64,000 bases of DNA from an uncultured Pelagibacteraceae bacterium (GCA_902576335.1 CACGVC010000005.1:204-64203), one strand, 5' to 3'; numbered from the stretch's first letter, positions 42,404 through 50,405 are shown. Numbers and translations are program-made. The notes: generated by a model not told the origin, from the sequence alone.

Positions 42404-44560
42404 ATGACTGCTTTAAAAAAACAACATAAAGAAGAGTTGAAATCTAAATATATAAATAGAGAGCTTTCTTGGTTAAAATTCAACGATAGAGTACTTTTAG
42501 AGGCGCAAAATATCGAAAATCCTCTTTATGAAAGAGTAAAGTTTTTATCAATTGCTGGGTCTAATCTAGATGAATTTTTTATGGTCCGTGTAGCTGGGTT
42601 ATATAGTCAAATAAAACAAGAAGTTGACTCACTAAGCTCTGATGGTTTGACACCTGAAGAGCAAATGGATGAGGTAGTGCTTGAAACTAAGAATCTATTA
42701 AAAAAACAGAACAAAATTTTTATTCAACTGATTATGGAATTAAAAAAAAATAATATCAATTTAGTTAAACCAGTTAATTTAAATACTAAGGATAAAAAAA
42801 AACTTTTAGAAATATTTAAAGAAGAGATTTACCCTTTATTAACACCATCAGCAATTGATCCTGCACATCCATTTCCATTTATAATCAATCAAGGAAGAGC
42901 AATTGTAATGAAGTTAAGAAAAAAAAATAAAAAAAGGATTTTAAACTCAATAATAGTAATACCAAAAGCATTATCTAGATTTATTGAAATTGAGTCTTCA
43001 AAAAATCATAAGAAATTTGTGATTCTAGATGATGTAATAAGTTTTTTTGCTAATGAAATTTTTCCAGATCATGATTTAGAAAAGAAAATGATTTTTAGAG
43101 TAATAAGAGATAGCGATGTAGAGATTCAAGAGGAAGCAGAAGATTTGGTTAGATCTTTTGAATTGGCTTTAAAAAGACGTAGAACGGGTGATATTGTTCG
43201 TTTAGAGGTTCTTGAAAATAGTGATAACGAATTGATAAGATTTATAACTAATAAATTAGATATAAATCCTGACTATATTTATGATGTTGCTGGCCTTGTT
43301 GGAATTCAAGATATAGATCAAATATGTAAAGTAAAAAATCCAAAATTAAGATTTAAACATTTTACACCTAGAGAAGTTGAAAGATTAAAAGAATATAATG
43401 AAAATTTTTTTGAAACTATTAAAAAGAAAGATTTAGTTGTTCATCATCCTTTTGAAACATTTGACTCAGTAATTGAATTTTTAAACCAAGCAGCAAATGA
43501 TAAAAAAGTTATAGCTATAAAACAAACTCTATATAGAACAACTCTAGACTCACCTATTGTTAAAGCTTTAATAACAGCTGCAGAAAACGGAAAAACAGTT
43601 ACCGCTTTAATTGAAATTAAAGCTAGATTTGATGAGGAAGCTAATATTCAACTATCAAGAAGTTTAGAAAAAGTAGGTGTTCAAATTGTTTATGGTTTTG
43701 CTAAATATAAAACTCATGCAAAATCATCATTAGTTTTAAGAAGAGAACAGGGTAAAATACAAACTTATTTTCATTTAGGAACTGGCAATTATCATCCAGT
43801 AAATGCTAAAATTTATACTGATTTGTCTTTATTTAGTTGTGATAAGAAAATGGCATCAGATGTTGAAAAGTTTTTCAATTATGTAACAGGATACGCAAAA
43901 CCAAAAAATTTAAATAAAATTTCTATTTCGCCAGTAAATATGAGGCAAACCTTAAATGAAAATATTGATGCTGAAATTAAAAATTCTAAAAATGGAAAAT
44001 TTGCAGCTATTTGGGCAAAAATGAACTCTTTAGTAGATCCAGAAATTATTGATAAATTTTATGAAGCTTCGAATGCTGGTGTAAAAATTCATTTGTTTGT
44101 AAGGGGTGTTTGTTGTTTAAGACCAGGAGTAAAAGATAGATCAGAAAACATATTTGTAAAAAGTATCATAGGAAGATTTTTAGAGCATTCTAGAATTTAC
44201 TGCTTTAGTAATGGTACAAAAAAAATGCCTAATAGAAATGCAAAAGTATATATTTCGTCAGCTGATTTAATGCCGAGAAATTTAAATCGAAGGGTAGAAC
44301 TTCTAGTCCCAATTGAAAATGAGACTGTTCATGAACAGATCTTAGATCAAATAATGTTGGCAAATTATCTTGATACTAATCAGAGCTGGGAACTTGAAGC
44401 TGATGGTAATTATAAAAAAATTAAATATAGTAAGAGCGATTCCTTTTCAGCTCATGAATATTTTATGAATAATCCGAGCTTATCTGGAAGAGGTAAAGCT
44501 AAACTAAGAATGCAGCCTAAACAACTGCACTTAAGATTGATTAAAAGTGGAAGTAATTAA
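42404..44560 (+). CDS. ppk1: Polyphosphate kinase 1
   Basis: NRELSWLKFNDRVL, NLDEFFMVRVAGL, HPFP, KQTLYRT, KARFDEE, KTHAK, GTGNY, GRFLEHSR, SADLMPRNL. Confidence 0.97.
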   Translation: MTALKKQHKEELKSKYINRELSWLKFNDRVLLEAQNIENPLYERVKFLSIAGSNLDEFFMVRVAGLYSQIKQEVDSLSSDGLTPEEQMDEVVLETKNLLKKQNKIFIQLIMELKKNNINLVKPVNLNTKDKKKLLEIFKEEIYPLLTPSAIDPAHPFPFIINQGRAIVMKLRKKNKKRILNSIIVIPKALSRFIEIESSKNHKKFVILDDVISFFANEIFPDHDLEKKMIFRVIRDSDVEIQEEAEDLVRSFELALKRRRTGDIVRLEVLENSDNELIRFITNKLDINPDYIYDVAGLVGIQDIDQICKVKNPKLRFKHFTPREVERLKEYNENFFETIKKKDLVVHHPFETFDSVIEFLNQAANDKKVIAIKQTLYRTTLDSPIVKALITAAENGKTVTALIEIKARFDEEANIQLSRSLEKVGVQIVYGFAKYKTHAKSSLVLRREQGKIQTYFHLGTGNYHPVNAKIYTDLSLFSCDKKMASDVEKFFNYVTGYAKPKNLNKISISPVNMRQTLNENIDAEIKNSKNGKFAAIWAKMNSLVDPEIIDKFYEASNAGVKIHLFVRGVCCLRPGVKDRSENIFVKSIIGRFLEHSRIYCFSNGTKKMPNRNAKVYISSADLMPRNLNRRVELLVPIENETVHEQILDQIMLANYLDTNQSWELEADGNYKKIKYSKSDSFSAHEYFMNNPSLSGRGKAKLRMQPKQLHLRLIKSGSN

Positions 44561-46058
44561 AAGTAAAAATAGTTTAAAATTAAATCAGGCAAAATTAGCT
44601 ATAATAGACATTGGATCAAACTCTATAAGAATGCTAATTTATGAAGATTTCAGTTCTTCTCGTGTGCCTTTTTTTAATGAAAAAGCAGTTTGTGAACTTG
44701 GAAAAAATTTAGATAAATCCAAAAAACTTCACAGATCTGGTACCGAATATGCTTTAAAAGTTTTAAAAAGATTCTCTGAAATTTTAAATGTTTCAAAAAT
44801 CACAAATCTTAAAATCATTGCAACAGCAGTTTTAAGAGAAGCGACTGATACAAAACCATTTATTAATGAAGTTGAAAAACTTTTTAAAACTAAGATTAAT
44901 ATATTATCTGGTGAAGAAGAAGCTGAATGCTCAGCTGAGGGAGTAAAAATAGGCTTTGAAAATGTCAATGGATTAGTTGCTGATCTTGGAGGTGGAAGTT
45001 TAGAATTAGCTCGAGTTGAAAATAATATAGTTACTAATAAAACCTCATTACCTATTGGAGTTTTAAGATTATTAAATAATCCTATAGTTAAAAAAAGAAA
45101 TTTAGCAAAATATATCAAAAAATTATTAAGAGAAGAAAAATGGCTTTCAAAAAAGAAATTTAATAATCTATATTTAGTTGGAGGTACCTGGCGAGCATTA
45201 TTTAAATTACATCTTTTTCAAAATAATCATCCGGTACATATAATTCATCAATATAGTATTGATAACAATGTTTTATCTAAGTTTGTTGAAAAAATTTCAT
45301 CTTTTAATAAATCTAAACTTAAAACAGTTGAGTATATTTCAAAATCTAGAACAGCGTATTTACCTTATAGTTGCATTATACTTGATGAAATTATGAGAGT
45401 TACAAATCCAAGAAATATAATTTGTTCTATAAGCGGTTTGCGTGAAGGTTCTTTATCAATTGACTATTTTAAAGATGTAAAAGAATCAGAAATTTTTCAT
45501 AAAGCACTTGAGAATATTGCAAAAAAAAGAGGTGATCTAGGATCGAACTATAAAAAATATTATGATTTTATTCAGCCAGTTTTTGAAGGCAATGAACATT
45601 TTAATAAGAAATTATTATATCTGGCATGTGTATTAAGTCATATGGATTGGGGATTAGGAGCATTTCAAAAAGCTGAATTGGTATTTCAAGAAACAATAAA
45701 TACTCCTTTACTTAGATTGACTCATAAAGAAAGAATACAATTAGCTTTGTCATGTTATTGGCGGTACTGTAGTATCAAGTATAATCCAAAGATGGAGTAT
45801 CTAACTTTTTTAAATAATAATGAAATTTTTTCAAGCAAACAAGTTGGAGCAGCATTGAGATTTTCACAATCATTGACCTCGATATCTACGATATTTCTTG
45901 AAGAGTTTAAATTGTATAAAAGAGGTAATGCTGTATTTTTAAAAATTCCATCACAACATCAAGAAATAATCTCAAAACAAGTTACTAAAAGATTTAAAGC
46001 TCTTGCTAGAGAATTATTTTTAGAACCAAGAGTAATTTACTCAAATAATTCAAGATAA
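44547..46058 (+). CDS. ppx: Exopolyphosphatase Ppx/GppA
   Basis: IDIGSNSIR, ATAVLREA, SGEEEA, DLGGGSLE, VGGT, GLREG. Confidence 0.93.
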   Translation: MEVIKSKNSLKLNQAKLAIIDIGSNSIRMLIYEDFSSSRVPFFNEKAVCELGKNLDKSKKLHRSGTEYALKVLKRFSEILNVSKITNLKIIATAVLREATDTKPFINEVEKLFKTKINILSGEEEAECSAEGVKIGFENVNGLVADLGGGSLELARVENNIVTNKTSLPIGVLRLLNNPIVKKRNLAKYIKKLLREEKWLSKKKFNNLYLVGGTWRALFKLHLFQNNHPVHIIHQYSIDNNVLSKFVEKISSFNKSKLKTVEYISKSRTAYLPYSCIILDEIMRVTNPRNIICSISGLREGSLSIDYFKDVKESEIFHKALENIAKKRGDLGSNYKKYYDFIQPVFEGNEHFNKKLLYLACVLSHMDWGLGAFQKAELVFQETINTPLLRLTHKERIQLALSCYWRYCSIKYNPKMEYLTFLNNNEIFSSKQVGAALRFSQSLTSISTIFLEEFKLYKRGNAVFLKIPSQHQEIISKQVTKRFKALARELFLEPRVIYSNNSR

Positions 46059-46234
46059 ATTAAATTTAATTCTATTTTTAATTGAGTGATATTTCTTTGT
46101 AACATTATTTTAATTTAAATTCATTTAACTTTAACAATAAGTAAATAATTTTGTAATTTAGTTTATGTATAAAGCACCATCAAAGTTTAAATATTCATTA
46201 TTTCTTCCCCTGTTTAAATTATGATGATTAACTA

Positions 46235-46268
46235 CTTTCTCCCTTCTCTTAAATGAGAAGGGAGAAAG
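46235..46268. repeat. Perfect 14-bp inverted repeat (hairpin) without a clear U-tract
   Basis: CTTTCTCCCTTCTC-TTAAAT-GAGAAGGGAGAAAG between the convergent ppx and Lys-rich genes. Confidence 0.9.
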
Positions 46269-46279
46269 ACGATTTGGAA

Positions 46280-46489
46280 TTAATTATTTATAGATGCAGG
46301 AGACTGCTCTGCATTTTTCTTAGCAAGCTTTTTTGCTTTTTTTTCTGCAACCTTTTTTTCTAGACCAGCAATTTTAATATTAAGGCTTGATAATTTTTTT
46401 TCTTTTGCTGTAATTTTTTTTTTAAGTTTGTCTATTGATTTTAATATCTTTGTTTTTTTCTTTTCATTTTTTTTTAGTTTTTTTCTCAT
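46280..46489 (-). CDS. Small very basic coiled-coil protein (25 Lys in 69 aa), function unknown
   Basis: GGAGG Shine-Dalgarno just upstream of the ATG; heptad hydrophobic pattern; occupies an otherwise empty spacer. Confidence 0.75.
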   Translation of the reverse strand: MRKKLKKNEKKKTKILKSIDKLKKKITAKEKKLSSLNIKIAGLEKKVAEKKAKKLAKKNAEQSPASINN

Positions 46490-46568
46490 TACTGCCTCCG
46501 AATTATTTAATATTTGATTTAATCATATAATCCTTAAATAAAAAAGATATTTTGATACAACCTTTAGT

Positions 46569-47060
46569 TTATATTTTTTTAAGAACTGTTATTAAATAAA
46601 AAAACATTGCTATATGAGAACTATTATTGAATTTTTGATTTAATATTAATTTAAATATCTCTCTTTGATTAAAAAGATGAATTCTAATACCTTGTTCTGG
46701 TTTCGAAATTTTAATTAAGTCTTCTGTGTAATAACCAGTAATTTTAGTAGTTAGTCTTCCAGGTTCATTATAAAAAGTTATTATTTTACTCAATTTTGAT
46801 CTTGATCTATATCCTGTTTCTTCTCTTAATTCCTTATATGCTGATTGGAGAGTTGTTTCCTTTTTTTCCACTATGCCAGAAGGAAACTCGTAGTTAATTT
46901 TATTAATTGGAACTCTTTTTTGGGAAACTACTACATATTTGTCTTTAATCTTAGGTATTACTAATGAAAGATTAGAAGTTTTAAGATAATGATAAAACTC
47001 TTTTTTTTTAAATTTTTTGTTAATTAAACTTATTCGATTGGTAAGTTTTATATTTTTCAA
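46569..47060 (-). CDS. Nudix hydrolase (ADP-ribose pyrophosphatase-like)
   Basis: Nudix box G-IVEKK-E-TTLQSAY-KELREETGY preceded by Q.R.P....YEFPSG; 4-bp overlap with the aquaporin stop. Confidence 0.88.
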   Translation of the reverse strand: MKNIKLTNRISLINKKFKKKEFYHYLKTSNLSLVIPKIKDKYVVVSQKRVPINKINYEFPSGIVEKKETTLQSAYKELREETGYRSRSKLSKIITFYNEPGRLTTKITGYYTEDLIKISKPEQGIRIHLFNQREIFKLILNQKFNNSSHIAMFFYLITVLKKI

Positions 47061-47716
47061 TTTTTTTCTAAAAATAACTTTTTAACAATAAGTAGAGCAA
47101 TTAACATTCCAATAAGCTCAGCTAAAATATAATAAGGAGTATTTAAATAACTAATACCAGTAAACGATTCTGTAAATGTTCTAGCAATAGCAACCGCAGG
47201 ATTTGCAAAAGAAGTTGAAGAAGTAAACCAATAACCTGCAGTAATATAAAGACCAACACTAGCAGCAACAGCAATTTTGCCTGACTTCATAGACCCAAAA
47301 ATTATAATTATAAGCCCTAATGTTGCTATTACCTCAGATGTGAGTATGTAAATTCCATCTCTTGATTTAGTAGACAATTCATAAACTTCATGTTCAAAAA
47401 AGAAATTAGCTAAACCAACACCAATTAAGCAACCAACCAATTGAGCAATGATATAGTAGGGTAATAGTTTCTTTTTTAATTTACCCGTTATTGCCATTGC
47501 GATACTTACAAATGGATTAAAGTGAGCTCCTGATACATCAGCAAAAACTGTAATAAGCACAAATAAACCTGCTCCTGTTGCTATAGTATTAGCTACTAAC
47601 ATCACAGCAACATCATTAGTTAAGTTTTCAGCCATTAAACCTGAACCAACAATAATCATTACTAAAAAACAACTTCCTAATAGTTCAGCAAGAAAATAGC
47701 GGCTTTTATTTTTCAT
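47057..47716 (-). CDS. MIP-family aquaporin/aquaglyceroporin of the ars-associated (AqpS-like) type
   Basis: AELLGS, VSGAHFNPF, AGYWFTSSTSFANPAV; coupled to arsC. Confidence 0.88.
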   Translation of the reverse strand: MKNKSRYFLAELLGSCFLVMIIVGSGLMAENLTNDVAVMLVANTIATGAGLFVLITVFADVSGAHFNPFVSIAMAITGKLKKKLLPYYIIAQLVGCLIGVGLANFFFEHEVYELSTKSRDGIYILTSEVIATLGLIIIIFGSMKSGKIAVAASVGLYITAGYWFTSSTSFANPAVAIARTFTESFTGISYLNTPYYILAELIGMLIALLIVKKLFLEKN

Positions 47717-48137
47717 AAAGTAGTTCCTTTATTCTTTTATGAATATTATTGTAAACTTTTTCTATTATTTCATCTTTTTTATTTAAGTCGTTTGTTTCAT
47801 TAAGTAATTTAACAGGATCCTCTATATCCCAATGAATTATCTGATCTTTATTTGGCCAAATAGGACAGACTTCGTTATTGGCATTATTACAAACTGTAAT
47901 CACATAATCCATTTTAATTTGATCATTAATAAACTCATTAAAATTTTTAGATCTATAATTTGAAAGATCATAATGTTTTGATAATAAATAATTCTTCACA
48001 TCTTCATTAATTTTTCCTGTTGGATTACTCCCAGCACTAAAACCTTTATACAAATCGTCATACTCGTTATTTATTATACTTTCAGCAATAATACTTCTTG
48101 CTGAATTACCTGTGCATACAAACAATATATTCTTCAT
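47706..48137 (-). CDS. arsC: Arsenate reductase, LMW-PTPase fold (thioredoxin-coupled type)
   Basis: ILFVCTGNSARS, SAGSNP, ITVC....EVCP, HWDIEDP. Confidence 0.9.
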   Translation of the reverse strand: MKNILFVCTGNSARSIIAESIINNEYDDLYKGFSAGSNPTGKINEDVKNYLLSKHYDLSNYRSKNFNEFINDQIKMDYVITVCNNANNEVCPIWPNKDQIIHWDIEDPVKLLNETNDLNKKDEIIEKVYNNIHKRIKELLYEK

Positions 48138-48359
48138 TTAAAAAATAACTTTATAAATACCAATTACAAACAATGGAATTTGTAATCCAAAGTTTGTTAA
48201 GATTGCTTTATCTTTGCCAATAAATCCAGCAATGGTCCATCCAACAACTCCCAATCCATGAAAATATATATTTAATGGATATATATTTAAATTTGTAAGA
48301 AGTATTCCCACTAAAACTAGAAACGTACTGATCCATTTTAGATATTTTTTTATAAACAT
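48138..48359 (-). CDS. Small 3-TM membrane protein (resembles DUF6552-type proteins)
   Basis: KW...GILLTNLNIYPLN...G..GW...G...D.AIL.N; AAAGG RBS; abuts arsC. Confidence 0.75.
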   Translation of the reverse strand: MFIKKYLKWISTFLVLVGILLTNLNIYPLNIYFHGLGVVGWTIAGFIGKDKAILTNFGLQIPLFVIGIYKVIF

Positions 48360-48380
48360 AAATTTACCTTTCGTTATTAT

Positions 48381-48409
48381 TATTCCAGTTATGTTAAGAA
48401 TTTATTAAA
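48381..48409 (-). promoter_or_regulatory. Pho-box-like triple repeat upstream of the ars-like operon
   Basis: Minus strand TTTAATA-aatt-CTTAACA-taac-TGGAATA, 11-bp period. Confidence 0.55.
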
Positions 48410-48417
48410 ATAAAGGA

Positions 48418-48819
48418 TTATCTACACTTTTTACATAATCCAAAAAACTCAAGATTGTATTTACTGTATTTCATACCATCTTTGTCTTTGAAATTAGCTA
48501 AGTATTTAGAGAGACCCACGCTACTTATTTCTGTTACTTTTTCACAAACTTCACAGATAGAAAAAGCAGTAGCGTTAGCCACCTGACAGCTTGAATTGTG
48601 ACATGCAATAAAGGCATTTCTACTTTCGATTTTGTGAATTTTTCCTATTTCAACTAATTTATCTAATGCCCTGTAAACTTGCAATGGAGCTTTAATACCT
48701 TTTTTTTGAACATTAAAAAGGATTGAATAAGCTTTCATTGGTTCGGGAGATTTATCAATTAAATCAAAAATAATTTGCTGATTTTTGGTGAGAGTATGTT
48801 CTTTATGCATTGTTTTCAT
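48418..48819 (-). CDS. zur: Zinc uptake regulator (Fur family)
   Basis: LTKNQ, AYSIL, APLQVYRALDKL, HKIESRNAFIAC, CEVC and CKKC; downstream of znuCB. Confidence 0.92.
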   Translation of the reverse strand: MKTMHKEHTLTKNQQIIFDLIDKSPEPMKAYSILFNVQKKGIKAPLQVYRALDKLVEIGKIHKIESRNAFIACHNSSCQVANATAFSICEVCEKVTEISSVGLSKYLANFKDKDGMKYSKYNLEFFGLCKKCR

Positions 48820-48834
48820 TTTACTGATTCCTCA

Positions 48835-49638
48835 TTAATTTTTCAATTTAATAGATTGTTTTATTTTAAATAACGAAAGTATGAATAATAATAAAGCTGC
48901 CGTTATAATTGATGGACCCGAAGAAGTATTAAACTCTAAAGATGTGAACAATCCTATTATTACAGATAACAATCCTCCTATAATTGAATAGATAACCATA
49001 CTTTGTGGACTTGATGATAAATTTCTGGCCATTGCAGCAGGGATAATTAACATCCCAGTGATTAACAACAATCCAACTATTTTAATTGAAATAGCGATGA
49101 TTGCTGCCATTAAAATTGTAAATATAGCTTTAGCTCTATCCGGATTTAATCCTTCTGCTTCTGCTAGTTCATAATTTACTGTTGAAGCGAATAAAGGTTT
49201 CCAAATAAATTTCAGAGTTAATAAGATAAATGCCCCTCCAATCCATATGATCAACAAATCATTAACTGAAACTGCTAAAATATCTCCAAATAGCAATCCC
49301 ATAATATCAAATCTAATGAATGTTAAAAAACCAACCACAACAAGTCCAACTGCTAGAGATGAATGAGCTAGAAGACCCAACAAAGCATCACCCGGTAAAT
49401 TTGTTTTTTTTTGAAGTTGAATTAAAATTAAAGCTAATATGGAAGAAATAACAAATACTGAAATAGCAATATTAAATTCCATAGTAAAAGCTAATGTCAC
49501 TCCCAATAGAGCAGAGTGAGCCAAGGTGTCACCAAAATAAGATAATCTTCTCCATATAACAAAGCAACCAAGAGGTCCAGTTACAAAAGCAACCCCAATT
49601 CCAGCTACCAAAGCTCTTATAAAAAAATCATCAAACAT
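48835..49638 (-). CDS. znuB: Zinc ABC transporter permease
   Basis: GPLGCFVIWRRLSYFGDTLAHSALLG, LLFGDILAV, LIIPAAMAR. Confidence 0.94.
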   Translation of the reverse strand: MFDDFFIRALVAGIGVAFVTGPLGCFVIWRRLSYFGDTLAHSALLGVTLAFTMEFNIAISVFVISSILALILIQLQKKTNLPGDALLGLLAHSSLAVGLVVVGFLTFIRFDIMGLLFGDILAVSVNDLLIIWIGGAFILLTLKFIWKPLFASTVNYELAEAEGLNPDRAKAIFTILMAAIIAISIKIVGLLLITGMLIIPAAMARNLSSSPQSMVIYSIIGGLLSVIIGLFTSLEFNTSSGPSIITAALLLFILSLFKIKQSIKLKN

Positions 49639-50385
49639 CTAATTTTTTTTAATTTCACCTTCATCTGTATGAATATGGTCGTGCTTATGCTCATATCTAC
49701 TCAATATTTGAGAAGCCTGCTCTCCAAATAAAGCTTTATATTCATTGTTTTTTGCAACATCCATTGGAGATCCTGAACAACAAACATGGCCATTTAAACA
49801 AACAACATGGTCTGTTGCACCCATGACTGTATGTAAGTCGTGTGAAATTAATAAGATCCCACAACTTAATTCATCAGAAATTTTTTTAATTAATTCGTAT
49901 AAAGCTATTTCACCAGTAAAATCTACTCCCTGCACTGGTTCATCAAGTACTAATAGATCAGGTTTTTTTGATATGGCTCTAGCAAGTAGCACTCTTTGAA
50001 ATTCACCACCTGATAAATCTCCTAAATTTTTATCTTTAAGATGAATTACTCCAGTTAAAGATAGAGCTTCATCTATTGTATCTTTATTAAGACTTTCTGT
50101 TAACATCATGAAGTCATTGACTCTTAGCGGTAACGTCCAATCAATTGAAATTTTCTGTGGGACATATCCAACTTTATTCGTGTATTTTTCAACTGAACCA
50201 CCAATCTTTTTGTAAATACCTAAAGCAATTTTAGCTGTTGTGCTTTTTCCTGATCCATTTGGACCTATAAGAGTAACTATTTTTCCTTTTTCAACTTGTA
50301 GTGAAACACCTTTGACTAGCCATTTATTATTCAACTGTAAACCAGCATCGTTTAATTTTACCAATATATTTTGATCAGTGCTCAT
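49639..50385 (-). CDS. znuC: Zinc ABC transporter ATP-binding protein
   Basis: GPNGSGKST, GYVPQK, LSGGEFQR, HVCCSG, His-rich C-terminus. Confidence 0.95.
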   Translation of the reverse strand: MSTDQNILVKLNDAGLQLNNKWLVKGVSLQVEKGKIVTLIGPNGSGKSTTAKIALGIYKKIGGSVEKYTNKVGYVPQKISIDWTLPLRVNDFMMLTESLNKDTIDEALSLTGVIHLKDKNLGDLSGGEFQRVLLARAISKKPDLLVLDEPVQGVDFTGEIALYELIKKISDELSCGILLISHDLHTVMGATDHVVCLNGHVCCSGSPMDVAKNNEYKALFGEQASQILSRYEHKHDHIHTDEGEIKKN

Positions 50386-50405
50386 TTTTTTTCTTGACTA
50401 ATAAG

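Noticed and set aside
42391-42483. 31-aa N-terminal extension of sixA in the ORF track
   Set aside because: Overlaps ppk1 head-to-head; the RHAKS motif normally sits near the N-terminus, favouring ATG 42390
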